Shown: positions 32,203 through 43,442, numbered from the stretch's first letter. The stretch is 64,000 nt of DNA from an uncultured Verrucomicrobiae bacterium (GCA_963772365.1 CAVYXA010000001.1:1632001-1696000); one strand, 5' to 3'. Notes: a model not told the origin generated them from the letters alone. A program made the numbers and translations.

Positions 32203-32844
32203 ATGGCACAAACCGCGACCATAACCGAGCCAGTGAAACCGGTGCTCTACCGGCCTGCACCAAAGTGGCACGTTTGGGCCGCACTGGGCGCAGCCTTGGC
32301 GATTCATCTGACTGCGGTAGCGCTCGCCCAAAAACGCGAAAAACCAGCCGTAAATCTCGAGGATATCCCTATGGCGACGGTCGAGGCCACCTTGGAACCA
32401 GTGGAACAGCCGACACCGCCGCCGGAAGAAGTTCTTGCACCGACCCCACCGCCGGAACCCGAAATTAAGCCGGAGTTTCATGAGGAAACCACGCCGCCAC
32501 CGCGAATCCAGCGGCCACCAAAAATTGCGCCGATCAAGGCGCCCACTGTTGGCCGGCCCGGTCCGATGACGATTTCCAAAGCAAAAGCGCTGGCAGTGTT
32601 TTCGCCAAGACCCGCTTACCCGTACCAAGCGCGGGCCCACCACATTACCGGTAGCGGCGTTTGTGTTGTCACTGTCGATACGGGCAGTGGCCGCGTCACC
32701 GATGCCGATATGGCCGTAAGTATCGGCAGCCCGATTCTCGATAACGCTGCCCTGAGTGCTTTCAGAAACTGGCGGTTTAAGCCGGGAACCGTATCAAAAG
32801 TTCGAATACCGATCACGTTCACTATGGCCGGCGCTTCCTATTAG
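32203..32844 (+). CDS. tonB: TonB family energy transducer
   Basis: TM with AIH, Pro-rich spacer, C-terminal PRPAYP..AR...ITG, LDNAAL.AFRNWRFKP. Confidence 0.9.
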   Translation: MAQTATITEPVKPVLYRPAPKWHVWAALGAALAIHLTAVALAQKREKPAVNLEDIPMATVEATLEPVEQPTPPPEEVLAPTPPPEPEIKPEFHEETTPPPRIQRPPKIAPIKAPTVGRPGPMTISKAKALAVFSPRPAYPYQARAHHITGSGVCVVTVDTGSGRVTDADMAVSIGSPILDNAALSAFRNWRFKPGTVSKVRIPITFTMAGASY

Positions 32845-32846
32845 TT

Positions 32847-33317
32847 ATGAGACTTCCTTCACCGATACCTCACAAACACGCCCGCATCGAAATCATTCCA
32901 CTGATCGACATCATGTTCTTTCTGCTGGCCAGCTTTATGATGGTCAGTTTGAGCCAGACCCACATGAAAGGAATTCGGGTGAATCTTCCTTCCGGAGCAC
33001 CGCCTCCGGGGCCCCCAAAAAAAGATTTCGTTTCCATTCAAGTGCGCGAGGGCAATGCCATCTACGTGGATGGTCGATACGTGGGGCCGGATGACTTGCA
33101 GCCGATGCTCTACCGGCTTCACCAGGCAAATCCGGGTATCAAAGTCTCGATCAGCGCAGAAATGATGGCCCTGCATGGTGATGTGATCGCAGTTTTGGAC
33201 AAGGTGCGCACCGTTGGAATTGACAAGGTCGGCTATCAAATCCGGGCCGCTCAAGCCCCCGGTGCACCCGGCGGAGCGCCACCGGGTGGAGCTCCACCGC
33301 CTCCACCTCCGCCTTGA
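32847..33317 (+). CDS. exbD: Second ExbD/TolR family protein
   Basis: Same N-terminal IEIIPLIDIMFFLLASFMMVSLSQ, poly-Pro tail. Confidence 0.9.
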   Translation: MRLPSPIPHKHARIEIIPLIDIMFFLLASFMMVSLSQTHMKGIRVNLPSGAPPPGPPKKDFVSIQVREGNAIYVDGRYVGPDDLQPMLYRLHQANPGIKVSISAEMMALHGDVIAVLDKVRTVGIDKVGYQIRAAQAPGAPGGAPPGGAPPPPPPP

Positions 33318-33940
33318 TCCTCCCATCTGCCTGCTGCCGATCGAACAAAAGTCTCGAAGTAAGTACGATCCAAATTGCGCAGGAGCGCCGCGGCGAATTG
33401 TTGCCGATCCACCTGTCGATCTAACGCCATCGCCAGCGAGATAGCGTGCTCTCGCAATTCTTCCGGAAAATCTTCGCTTCGGTGATTAACATTGATGCCA
33501 ATTCCCGCAATCGCTATGTGCGGCGCATTGGATTGGGCCCGCATTTCCACCAATACTCCTGCGACTTTTCGCTTGTCGATCTCAACATCGTTAGGCGATT
33601 TCATCTTTACTGAAAGGCCAAATTCGCTCCGAATGGAATCTGCTATCGTGGCTGCGGCCCAAGCCGTGAGCCGTGCCGAGTGAGCGAGGTCGATCTTCGG
33701 TCGCAAGAGAAATGAAAACCATAAACCCTTCGAGGCTGCAGATTGCCACCGGTTTCGGCGTTGGCCGCGTCCGGCAGTCTGACATTCGGCAAATATTACC
33801 AAGCCTTCCGGCGTATTCCGACCGGCAAACTGCAAAATGGCATCGTTCGTCGAAGTGGTTTCCTCGAGGACGATAATTTCGCGTCCAATCGTGCAATCTC
33901 TCACTGCGCAACCAAGGGCTTCGGAATCAAGACGCGACAT
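33251..33940 (-). CDS. birA: Biotin--[acetyl-CoA-carboxylase] ligase (no N-terminal HTH)
   Basis: TTSTND, AECQTAGRGQR.N.W, KSPNDV....KVAGVLVE, GIGINVN. Confidence 0.9.
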   Translation of the reverse strand: MSRLDSEALGCAVRDCTIGREIIVLEETTSTNDAILQFAGRNTPEGLVIFAECQTAGRGQRRNRWQSAASKGLWFSFLLRPKIDLAHSARLTAWAAATIADSIRSEFGLSVKMKSPNDVEIDKRKVAGVLVEMRAQSNAPHIAIAGIGINVNHRSEDFPEELREHAISLAMALDRQVDRQQFAAALLRNLDRTYFETFVRSAAGRWEDQGGGGGGGAPPGGAPPGAPGA

Positions 33941-34790
33941 TCTTGATCTCGAGCGAAAGGTTGATCGCCGGCGCCGAATGAGTGAGCGCGCCGACAGAAA
34001 TGTAATCGACTCCAATCGCGGCAATCTGACGCACGTTAGTTAGGTTGACGCCGCCGCTGGCCTCAAACTTTGCGGCCCCGCCCCGGCGCAACTTTTTGCG
34101 ATATGCCACCGCTTTTCGCATCTCACCGGGGGTCATGTTATCGAGCAGGATAACATCGACATTTGCGATTTGCAGAAGATCGCGGACTTGATCGAGATGG
34201 TCCGCCTCGACCTCGATTCGAATCCGTGGGTGTCTCTTGCGAATTCGCTCGATGGTTTTTGCTAGACTGGATAATCGTGCGCCCGCCACCAGGTGATTGT
34301 CCTTCACCAGAACCATGTCGAACAAACCGAAACGGTGATTCGTGCCGCCGCCCGCCAGGACTGCCGCTTTCTCGAGAAGTCGCAGGCCCGGCGTGGTTTT
34401 ACGCGTATCGAGAATTTGCACGGGCTTGTTCCCCGCAGCTTCGACAAATTTTCGAGTGAGCGTCGCAATTCCGCAAAGATGTTGCAGAAAATTGAGGGCG
34501 ACTCGTTCCGCTTTCAGAATCGAGCGGGCCGAGCCGCGTAATTCGATAATCGGTTGGCCCGGAGCAACCGCACATCCGTCGTGGCGAATGATTCGGATTT
34601 TGATTTTTCGATTGACGCGCCGAAAAACGGCCGCGGCAGTTTTTGTTCCGGCAACAATGCCTCGCTGGCGCGCGACGATTTTGGCCGTGGCCTGTCTTCC
34701 AGCCTGAACAAACGCTTCGGTTGTGATATCGCCTCGCCCAATGTCTTCATTGAGCGCGGCGGTCACAGGATCGAACTTTTTCACGATCAT
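33927..34790 (-). CDS. nadC: Nicotinate-nucleotide pyrophosphorylase (carboxylating)
   Basis: EDIGRGDITT, ERVALNFL, DTRKTTPG, HRFGLFD..LVKDNH, LLDNM, EASGG. Confidence 0.95.
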   Translation of the reverse strand: MIVKKFDPVTAALNEDIGRGDITTEAFVQAGRQATAKIVARQRGIVAGTKTAAAVFRRVNRKIKIRIIRHDGCAVAPGQPIIELRGSARSILKAERVALNFLQHLCGIATLTRKFVEAAGNKPVQILDTRKTTPGLRLLEKAAVLAGGGTNHRFGLFDMVLVKDNHLVAGARLSSLAKTIERIRKRHPRIRIEVEADHLDQVRDLLQIANVDVILLDNMTPGEMRKAVAYRKKLRRGGAAKFEASGGVNLTNVRQIAAIGVDYISVGALTHSAPAINLSLEIKNVAS

Positions 34791-35067
34791 GAAAGGCTCT
34801 CTCAGCTTGATTTTCTATAAACCAATTTGCCGCGCACGTAAGTTTCTGGATCGGCCGAGGAAAATTCGTGGTTCGAAGAAAAAAGATTCGGACGGCGCAC
34901 GCCAAGGAGAAACAGCAAATACGAGAAACGTGCAACCGCCCGAATCGCCTTAACCTGTTAAATTGGACATCGATCCAGGACTACCGTTCGAATTTTTTAC
35001 GAAAAATTCGTATCAGCCCCGCAAACTGCACGAAAACCCGGGTAGCTCCCAGTTCGAAGCGCATCCT

Positions 35068-35982
35068 CTATAGGAGATTTCCCTGTGCGGAGGCGCCAAG
35101 TCGTAACGCTTCCTCGCGCACTTCCTGAAGCAGTGATTTAAATTCACATTTCTCTAACGCCGCGATCAGCTCAGGATAATCGGGGTCAATCCGTAGATTA
35201 TCGATCGGCATTGGCAACTCCATGTTGCAATCGAGCTCCACCATTTTGCGATTTTGTAGAATCTGCTCGCGCGCGTTCGCGAGCTTCTCCCGGCTGCGCT
35301 GGCTTTTTACTTTGTCGATCTTAGCCAGCAATTCGTCGAGCCCGTCAAATTCTCGAATCAAGGCGGCGGCAGTTTTTCGTCCAAAGCCGGCACCGGGAAT
35401 ATTGTCCACGGAATCGCCGGTTAGAGCGAGAACATCGCCAATCATTTTCGGCGGCACTTCCCATTTTGCGGTTGCTTCGGCTTCGCCCAGCAGGGCAAAT
35501 GCATCCTTGGGAGAGGCGAGGTCGGCCTTGGCAGTGGTGTAGACTTTCACGCACGGACCAACCAGTTGATACAGATCTTTGTCGTTGGTAGCGAGAATCA
35601 CTTCCATTCCCGGCCGTTTGCAGCCGGCAATGGCATAACAGCCCATCAGGTCGTCCGCCTCGGTATTCGGCAGCGAGATGCTTTTGAACCCAAGCAACCC
35701 CGTCAGCTTTTCCTGGATGAACTTCAGTTGCGGGACCATCGGTCGCGGCATTTCTTTGCGGGTCTCCTTGTAGGCCGGCTGCAATTTTACCCTGCGTTCC
35801 GGCATTCCTTCGTCCCAAAAAACCGCGCCAAAATCCGGCTGCAGATGTTTCAGCATCAACCGAAGCGTTTTAGTAAAACCGAAAATGGCGTTGGTCGGTT
35901 CGCCCTTCGAATTCGATAGATTCGGAATCGCAAAGAACGAGCGATAAACGTAGTAATGTCCGTCGATAAGCAGAAGCTTCAT
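35068..35982 (-). CDS. Stand-alone 5'-3' exonuclease (Pol I N-terminal-like)
   Basis: LLIDG...YRSFFA, YKETR, EADD, DKDLYQLV, LTGDSVDNIPG..FGRKTA. No polymerase domain. Confidence 0.9.
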   Translation of the reverse strand: MKLLLIDGHYYVYRSFFAIPNLSNSKGEPTNAIFGFTKTLRLMLKHLQPDFGAVFWDEGMPERRVKLQPAYKETRKEMPRPMVPQLKFIQEKLTGLLGFKSISLPNTEADDLMGCYAIAGCKRPGMEVILATNDKDLYQLVGPCVKVYTTAKADLASPKDAFALLGEAEATAKWEVPPKMIGDVLALTGDSVDNIPGAGFGRKTAAALIREFDGLDELLAKIDKVKSQRSREKLANAREQILQNRKMVELDCNMELPMPIDNLRIDPDYPELIAALEKCEFKSLLQEVREEALRLGASAQGNLL

Positions 35983-36035
35983 TGCAACGCAGTCTGATGC
36001 TGGATTCTGGATGCAGCATGCTCGATGATCAAGCG

Positions 36036-37151
36036 ATGGCCGAGAGTTGGTTTATTCGAGTTGACGGGAAAGAGTATGGGCCCGCGGAATTGGAGACACT
36101 TCGAGCATGGAAGATCGACAGCCGCGTTTTGCCTACTAACGAGGCCAGATCGGCAGAAAGCGATAAATGGGTCACCGCGGCGGAAATCCCTGGTTTGTTC
36201 GAGACGGAGAATGTGGCAACAGGTTTGCCTGCCACCAGGGATTTGGCACAGGCGCCGATACAACAGCCTCGCAGTTTCGGCCAAATCATCGGCGAGATTT
36301 TTCGGATCTATGGTCGCGGGTTTTTTCAATTTCTCTATCTAACTCTGCTGGTGTTATTGCCGTCGATTTGTGCACAATTGAGCGGCTCGGGATTCAACAG
36401 TTCCTCCACCAATCTTGAACTTAATTCAGCGGCAGCCGCTCTCTTCACTGTATGCATGACTGGACTGAGCCTTGCCGCCTGGCCCGTTTTTATCATCGGC
36501 ATTCAGATTCTAACGGCAGAATTCATGGCTGGCCGAAGACCGAACGTGTTTGGCATCTTTGGAGACATCCTGAAATTTTGGCCTCGGGTGGCGATGCTCT
36601 GCATTCTTGTTTACGGCATTTTCCTTCTACTGAGCGTGTTCGCGGTCGGTATCGCCGCAATGATTATTATCGGCGCGTCATCACCATTCTTGATCCTCAT
36701 CGCATTGGTTTTGCTGAGCGTTCAAGTTTGGTTGTTCGGCCGCTTTTACATCAACGTTCTTTTTTGGCAGCAGTTCGCGGTGCTCGGCGATTCGGATGTG
36801 GCAAGCGCATTGCGCCGGAGCAAAGAACTCGCTCGGAGCGGACGAAACCTCGCGTGGTATCAACGGCCCATGTGGCGCGGCGTTTTCATCTCCTCGCTCT
36901 GGTGCGCATTCGTTCTCGCGATGATTCTGGGCCCGGAATGGCCCATGATCCGGCAGTACTACCATGAGATGATGACCACGACCGATCCAGAAGCGCTCCT
37001 TAAAACCTTACGCGCCGGTTCAACTCCTCACGGTTTTAACGTGGTGGCCTTCGCCCTTGGCCTCGTCCAAACCATTCTGAGACCACTTCTGGGCATCGCC
37101 TTTGTGGTTTTGTATTTTGATGCAACAAGGCAAAAAAAATACTTGCCTTGA
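36036..37151 (+). CDS. GYF_2 (DUF4339) domain membrane protein
   Basis: N-terminal WFIRVDGKEYGP..LETLRAW, then multiple TM helices with ALRRSKEL. Confidence 0.75.
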   Translation: MAESWFIRVDGKEYGPAELETLRAWKIDSRVLPTNEARSAESDKWVTAAEIPGLFETENVATGLPATRDLAQAPIQQPRSFGQIIGEIFRIYGRGFFQFLYLTLLVLLPSICAQLSGSGFNSSSTNLELNSAAAALFTVCMTGLSLAAWPVFIIGIQILTAEFMAGRRPNVFGIFGDILKFWPRVAMLCILVYGIFLLLSVFAVGIAAMIIIGASSPFLILIALVLLSVQVWLFGRFYINVLFWQQFAVLGDSDVASALRRSKELARSGRNLAWYQRPMWRGVFISSLWCAFVLAMILGPEWPMIRQYYHEMMTTTDPEALLKTLRAGSTPHGFNVVAFALGLVQTILRPLLGIAFVVLYFDATRQKKYLP

Positions 37152-37199
37152 GAAGTCCGATTATAGTAATTATAAGCCGAGACAAGATTCCTTCCTCCA

Positions 37200-37466
37200 A
37201 TGAAAACTAAAATCGTAGCCTGCCTGTTCGGACTCAGCCTGACTTTGCTTTCCGCTTGCTCGACAACCCAAACAGCCGAGCGCCAGACACTCCAACAACG
37301 GCTAATGAATAAATACGCCGCAGCGGACGTGACCGGTGCCGAACCTGCCCCGCCTGCGGAAGGCCCAGAGGATGTTGCCGCGGAAGCACCACAGGATCCA
37401 AAAAAGAATCCCAAGCTGGTTCCCACACCATTGCTCCGGCTGTCAGCCGCGTCCTCCACGCCGTAG
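37200..37466 (+). CDS. Small lipoprotein
   Basis: MKTKIVACLFGLSLTLLSAC lipobox. Confidence 0.7.
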   Translation: MKTKIVACLFGLSLTLLSACSTTQTAERQTLQQRLMNKYAAADVTGAEPAPPAEGPEDVAAEAPQDPKKNPKLVPTPLLRLSAASSTP

Positions 37467-37502
37467 TCTGCGGTTGAAACAAGAATCTCAATCGCGGGCC
37501 TG

Positions 37503-38458
37503 CTACATCCAGAGGCCCCAGGAAAGCAGCGCAGAGGCATCACGCCAGACCCCAGCTTTGCTGTCCCCCAATACGACTACAATGATATCGCGGCCTGGTC
37601 TTGAGCCGCTGGAAATCAGACAATGTCCGGCTGCTTCGGTGTAACCGGTCTTCATCCCATTGCAATAAGGAGAACGGCTCAACACTTTGTTTGTATTTTT
37701 TAGCTCCCGAGTTCGTCCGTTCGCATAACGAAAAACAATGCGGGGATGGCAAACGATGGATCGAATGGTCGGATTTGCATAAGCGGCGCGCGCAATGATG
37801 GACAGATCGCGCGCAGTCGAATATTGTCCGGGCATGGGCAATCCATTGGGATTGACAAAATGTGAATCAATTGCCCCCAGCTCGCGGGCCCGCCGGTTCA
37901 TGATTTCGGCGAAACCTTCGATGCTGCCGGCATAATCGCGGGCCAGGCAACGAGCCACATCATTCGGGCTTTTTACCAGCAATGCGCGCAAAAGTCGATC
38001 CGTCGATAAGTCTCGCCGGATTTGATATTGAGTTTTACCGGTTCGCACAACGTATCGCCGCCCTTAACCGTAACTGGTTCATCCAGGAATCCTCGCTCGA
38101 CGATAATCAATGCGGTCAATAATTTTTGCGTGCTCGCCGGGGCCCGCGATTCATCCGCATTTTTCTCGTACAGAATCTGTCCTGTTCTAGCATCAACAAT
38201 CATCACCGCCCTTGCGCCCGTAGCCGGCGCCTCGCAGAAACGGGAGGGCTTGTCTCTCCATCGGCGAGTGGTCAGGCGCTTTTCGATCTTTGGAGCGCCG
38301 CGACGTTCGCTTTGCCGCGGCCTTTGGGCCGATTTTCCATAGCTCGGAAACGTGAGTTGGCCCAATCGCGTCCTGCGTCCGCCCGGTAAGCGTGAAGGAA
38401 CAGTCCGATTGCTGTCAGAACTGAAATCTTGCGAATAGTCAGTTTCATCTTGGCGCAA
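37503..38458 (-). CDS. D-alanyl-D-alanine carboxypeptidase (S11; apparent frameshifts, start uncertain)
   Basis: PASTQKLLT (SxxK), SPND (SxN), FVNPNGL, KTGYT, split across ORFs 37973..38458 and 37503..38048. Confidence 0.85.
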
Positions 38459-38478
38459 AAAAATTAGAAATAGAGTTT

Positions 38479-38895
38479 TTATGATGCAAGCAGATCACGG
38501 GCTGAAAACGGCGCTTTATGACTTTGCGCGTCGATCAGTTCGATCTCGTAACCTTCTGGCGCATCGACAAATGCGATCCGGCCACTGCTACTCGCGTGCG
38601 GGCCATCGGAAAGCGGATAGCCTTTTGCCGCAGATTCCGTGGCGAACTCATCCAGATCGTCCACTTCAAAGGCGAGATGGGTCAGATCGGGACCAACAAC
38701 GATGGGTCCGCTCTCGTCGAACTTGCAAATCTCGATTTCCTCGTCGCTGTCCGGCGCTTTGAAGAAAACAAATTGCGAACCGCGCCCGGAAGTGTGCCGT
38801 CGAATCTCCTGCAGCCCGAGCACATCTTTGTAGAAGGAGACGGTCTTTTCCAGATCTTTCACGCGATAGCGAGTGTGTAATAGCTTCTTGACCAT
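38479..38895 (-). CDS. VOC/glyoxalase (lactoylglutathione lyase-like)
   Basis: LLHTRYRVKDLEKTVSFY..VLGL, HLAFEVDD, FVDAPEGYEIELI. Confidence 0.9.
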   Translation of the reverse strand: MVKKLLHTRYRVKDLEKTVSFYKDVLGLQEIRRHTSGRGSQFVFFKAPDSDEEIEICKFDESGPIVVGPDLTHLAFEVDDLDEFATESAAKGYPLSDGPHASSSGRIAFVDAPEGYEIELIDAQSHKAPFSARDLLAS

Positions 38896-38952
38896 GACGT
38901 ATCTTATTGCCCCGATTAGCGATTAAATTCAAACTCGGCTTAAATTCCATCG

Positions 38953-39526
38953 ATGAAACTTGTCATCGCCGCGACCGGTGCGAGCGGAACGATTTATCTG
39001 CAGAGATTGCTCGAGCAGATCGATTGCTCGGCGCATGAGGTGCATCTGGTCATGAGCGTCCATGCCCGGCAGGTGGCCGTGCAAGAGATCGATAAACTCA
39101 ACGTTCCGGAAAGGAGTCACCCAGCACACCGAGAACGATCTCAACGTGCCCTATGTCAGCGGTTCGGCGCGCTTTGACGCCATGGTGATCGCACCTTGCT
39201 CGATGGCGACGCTCGGGCGCATTGCCTCCGGTTCGGGCGAGAGCGCCTTGTTGCGCGGCGCTGACGTTTTCTTGAAGGAACGGCGCAAGCTCATTCTTGT
39301 TCCGCGCGAGACACCGTGGAATCTGATTCATGCGCGCAACGTTGCCACGTTGCTCGAGGCGGGCGCGATCGTTCTGCCGGCGATTCCTTCGTTTTACAGC
39401 CGGCCAAAATCGATTGTCGATCTTGTCGACACGGTGGTCTGGCGCATTCTCGATCAACTCGATCTTCCCAGCGCCCGCGCCTACCGCTGGCCGAAGAAAA
39501 CCACTAAAGCCGTCCGCAAACGTTGA
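38953..39526 (+). CDS. ubiX: Flavin prenyltransferase (apparent frameshift near 39110)
   Basis: TGASGTIY, SGS..FDAMVIAPCSM.TL, LKERRKLILVPRETP, PSFYSRP. Confidence 0.9.
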
Positions 39527-40167
39527 AAATCCAAGGTCGGCCCGCGCGTTGGCTAATCGCGTTTGGATTTCATTTGCTCAAACTCTGGGCGCGCACGCTG
39601 CGTTTTGAGATAGACGACCGGGCCGACATCGCAGGCAAACCGGTGGTTGAAAACTACATTGGCGCGATCTGGCACAATCGGTTGCTCATTTGGCCGATCG
39701 TCTTGCGTCGATTTTTTCCGCATCGTTCGGGCGCGGCCCTGATTAGCGCGAGCCGCGACGGCGATCTGCTGGCCGATGCCGTCCAGCGTTTCGGCTACGG
39801 CGTTGTGCGCGGATCCAGCTCGCGCCTGGGTGCGAGCGCGATTCTGCAGCTTTCTGAGTTGCTCGCTTCACATCGAGATGCCGTCATCACGCCGGATGGC
39901 CCGCGCGGCCCGGTTTACGAAATCGGTCCAGGCGTCATATTTCTCGCCCAAAAAACGGGCGCGCCTGTTCTGCCGATGAATCTGGAATATTCGAGCTGCT
40001 GGCGTTTCAAGAGTTGGGACCGATTCATTGTGCCGCGGCCATTCGCGACGATTCGGATCAAGGTCGCGCCGCCATATCGCGTTCGATCGACTTCGACGCC
40101 GGAGGAATTCGAGGCTGAGCGACTCCGTTTGCAAGACGCGATGATGGCACTGGTTGAACGGCGTTGA
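39523..40167 (+). CDS. DUF374 / lysophospholipid acyltransferase family protein
   Basis: IWHNRL, ISASRDG, VRGSSSR, ITPDGPRGP, SWDRF.VP.PF. Confidence 0.85.
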   Translation: MKIQGRPARWLIAFGFHLLKLWARTLRFEIDDRADIAGKPVVENYIGAIWHNRLLIWPIVLRRFFPHRSGAALISASRDGDLLADAVQRFGYGVVRGSSSRLGASAILQLSELLASHRDAVITPDGPRGPVYEIGPGVIFLAQKTGAPVLPMNLEYSSCWRFKSWDRFIVPRPFATIRIKVAPPYRVRSTSTPEEFEAERLRLQDAMMALVERR

Positions 40168-40184
40168 TTCTTCTAGGTTGCAAT

Positions 40185-41064
40185 ATGGGTAACTTGATCG
40201 ACGGCCGCGCCATTGCCGAAAAAGTCTATGTCGATCTTCGAAGCGAGATCGCGGAGTTAAAAGCGTGCAAGCCTCACGCCCGGTCTCGCCGTCGTTCTGG
40301 TTGGCGACGATCCTGCCTCGCGTGCCTATGTGCGTTCGAAGGACAAGATGAGCCGCGATCTGGGTCTGTATTCGGTCAAACTGGAGCTGCCCGAATCCAC
40401 CACGCAGACGGAGTTGCTCGCGCATGTCGAAAAATTGAATCGCGATCCCGCGGTTCATGGGATCCTGGTCCAGTCTCCGCCGCCCAAACAAATCGATGAA
40501 GCCGCGATTGTGCGCGCATTGGATCCGCGCAAAGACGTCGATGGTTTTCACCCGCTCAACGTTGCCAAGCTCGCGCTGGAAGATCCGACAGCTTTCGTGC
40601 CCTGCACGCCCCTCGGAGTCTTGCGTTTGCTCAACGAAAGCAAGATCGATATCTCCGGCGCGCATGTAGTTATTCTCGGTCGCAGCATGATCGTTGGAAA
40701 ATCGCTGGCCCTGCTGCTCATGCGAAAAGGGACAGACGCGACTGTCACAGTCATTCATTCGCGGACGCGCGATATTCCCGCCCTCACGCGGTCCGCCGAC
40801 ATATTGATCGCAGCGATCGGGCGGCCCAACTTCGTGAAAGCGGAGCATGTCCGCGACGGCGCGGTGATTGTTGATGTCGGAATCAATCGCGTAGAAGACG
40901 CGGCCAGCCCGCGCGGTTATCGATTGGTGGGCGATGTGGCGTTTGATGAAGTTGCGGCAAGGGCTTCGGCTATCACGCCCGTCCCCGGCGGCGTCGGTCC
41001 GATGACTATCGCGATGCTCATGGCAAACACGGTCAAGGCGTGTCGCGAACTCAATTCGGCCTGA
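40185..41064 (+). CDS. folD: Methylenetetrahydrofolate dehydrogenase/cyclohydrolase (apparent frameshift near 40270)
   Basis: [50 protein letters not shown]. Confidence 0.95.
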
Positions 41065-42136
41065 CGATTTTCGCAGTCAGCAGCCGCAGAAGAGAAGGCT
41101 GAAAGCGCGCGATTTGTAAGGACGAAAGAGGCAAGACGTGGCGATAGAACCGCGGCGCGAGTCAGTTGGTTGATCCATAATCTGCCGCGGTACATCGCCG
41201 CGTGCGCGTTCGAAAAATCGCGCAAAGCAGATTTACGATCCTGTCCGCGAACGATTTGGATTACAGCGCTTGCCGCGAGTTCTCCGCCGCGCAACGCGTA
41301 ATAGATTCCTTCGCCGGTAAACGGCTCGACGACACAGGCCGCGTCCCCGATTAGAAAAAGATTTTCGTGCGCCGCCGGCAGCGCGGTCCGGGTTAGCGGC
41401 GTAATTGTGCGCCACGCATGGTCGGGAGCGAGCGAAAAGTTTCTTTCCGCCCATTTGCGCAAAGACGAAATGCTCGCTGGCACACCGACAAGACATAGGT
41501 TCAGTTCCCGATCGTTTACCGGCGCCTGGCCGGAATAACCCTCCGGCAGGAATTGCAAGACGACGCGGTTTCCAAAATCGGCAGGCAACGAAACATGGCT
41601 TTGGAGCGCGATGCGCTCGCGAGCAGGTCGCGGCAGGAGATTGCAAAGGCGCGCAACAGTGGAGTTCCGGCCATCGGCTGCGATCAGGATTCGCGCTTCG
41701 ATTGCTTGGTCGCCGGTATCGATCTCCCAATTGTCCGTCGGGGTTTTTCTGATCGCACTGACGGTGGTTGCGTCGCGCACGTCGGCTCCGAGCTTCCTTC
41801 GCGCGAGCTATCAGCAGGTCGTCAAACAAACTGCGTTTGACCGCGATCTCACTCTCGTCGCCGCGCGGCAGATCGACATGTATTTTTTGCCCGGCAATGG
41901 CGATGAATTCGACCGCATCGAGTTTTCCGTGGGGCAACGCGCGCACGCGTTCGAAGACCCCCAGGCGGCGAAGCACCGGCCAGCACGAGGGATTCAGACA
42001 ATCACCGCAAACTTTTTCCCGGGGAAACTTCTCGCGCTCGAGCAAGAGGACGCGCAATCCGGCATTGCGCGCAGAAAGCGGCACAGGCCGAACCGGCCGG
42101 ACCGGCCCCGACGATTGCAACATCGAAAAGTTCCAT
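41051..42136 (-). CDS. FAD-dependent oxidoreductase, geranylgeranyl-reductase-like (apparent frameshifts)
   Basis: [49 protein letters not shown]. Confidence 0.85.
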
Positions 42137-42259
42137 TTCCGAGAATAAATTACACCGAAGAAAACAAAGATAGCGAAGGTTTCGAGACAAAGAGCGGCAC
42201 CGCAGTTAGCCTCCGTTCATTGGCTGGCGCGCGATGCAATCCCAGACGAGATTCACGTC

Positions 42260-43357
42260 ATGAGCTGGTCTATTCCCATTTTGCGCATCGCCGGAATTCA
42301 ATTGCGGATTCATGTTACGTTTCTACTGCTCATCGCCTGGCTCGCATTTCGGTTACTACTCGCAAGGCGGCGCGCCGGCAGCAATCAACGGAGTGATTCT
42401 GATTCTGTTGCTTTTTCTTTGCGTCGTGCTGCACGAATTCGGCCACGCGCTCGCGGCGAAATCATTCGGCATCAATACGCCTGACATCACGCTGCTTCCG
42501 ATCGGCGGAGTGGCGCGACTGGAGCGAATGCCGGAAGAACCGAGGCAGGAGCTAATCATCGCCGCCGCCGGACCGGCGGTTACGGCTGTAATCGCGCTCG
42601 GTCTTTTTATCATTGCCGAGATTGTGCGCGCTCAAATCCAGTCGCCGCCGATGCAGAGTCCGATCTTGTTTCGTCAACCTGCTTTCAATAAACGTCCTGC
42701 TGCTTCTGTTCAATTTGCTGCCGGCCTTTCCGATGGATGGAGGTCGCGTGCTGCGGGCCTTGCTCGCGACGCGCATGAGTTACGCTCGCGCCACGCAAGT
42801 TGCGGCCACCATCGGACAAGGGTTCGCTTTTATTTTTGGTTTTGTCGGTTTGTTGGATTGATTAGTGGAATCCGTTCTTATATTCATCGCTGTTTTTCGT
42901 TTACATTGGTGCGTCGCAGGAAGCGGCCCTCGCGCAAATGAAAGATATCTCGCGCCGGTTTCCCGTCTCGAGCGCGATGGTGCGCGAATTTCGGACGCTG
43001 CCGGAGAATGCGACGCTGCATGAGGCGGTTGATGCGTTGCTCGCGACGTCGCAGCACGATTTTCCGGTCGTCGATGAAAACAGTAATGTCGCGGGGGTGC
43101 TCACGCGGCACGATCTGATTGCCGCCTTACGCCGGGGCGATCCGGGTCTGCGCGTTGCCGACGTCATGCGGCGCGATATTCCGACGGTCACGACAGGCAC
43201 GCGATTCGAAGAAGCATTCCGGATCATGCAGGAGTGCAATTGTCCGGCTGTGCCGGTGCTCGACCACATGAAACGGCTGGTCGGATTGCTCACGCCGGAA
43301 AATGTGAGCGAGCTCATGATGGTGCAATCGGCGCTGCCCCGGCAGCGCGTAGCATAG
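42260..43357 (+). CDS. Site-2 protease (M50) with C-terminal CBS pair (apparent frameshifts)
   Basis: [46 protein letters not shown] domains. Confidence 0.9.
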
Positions 43358-43442
43358 AGTCCGTAGTATTGTTCGACAAAGCGCGGCGATCCCATTCTCG
43401 ATTGTCGATCTGCGGGCCGGAGCAAGATTAGGAGCGAGAAGC

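Noticed and set aside
34791..35067. Riboswitch upstream of nadC
   Set aside because: Only one short hairpin (CGAATTTTT-TAC-GAAAAATTCG) is evident, and no recognisable aptamer consensus.
35985..36030. Degenerate 7-9-nt tandem repeats here and near 14145, 23365, 29810, 42150 and 45070
   Set aside because: Too short and degenerate to define boundaries or function from this window alone. They are probably decayed intergenic short repeats.
39868..40848. Long antisense ORFs (e.g. 326 aa opposite folD, 57654-58523, 41611-42396)
   Set aside because: These are shadow ORFs of high-GC coding strands with no recognisable motifs, opposite well-supported genes.
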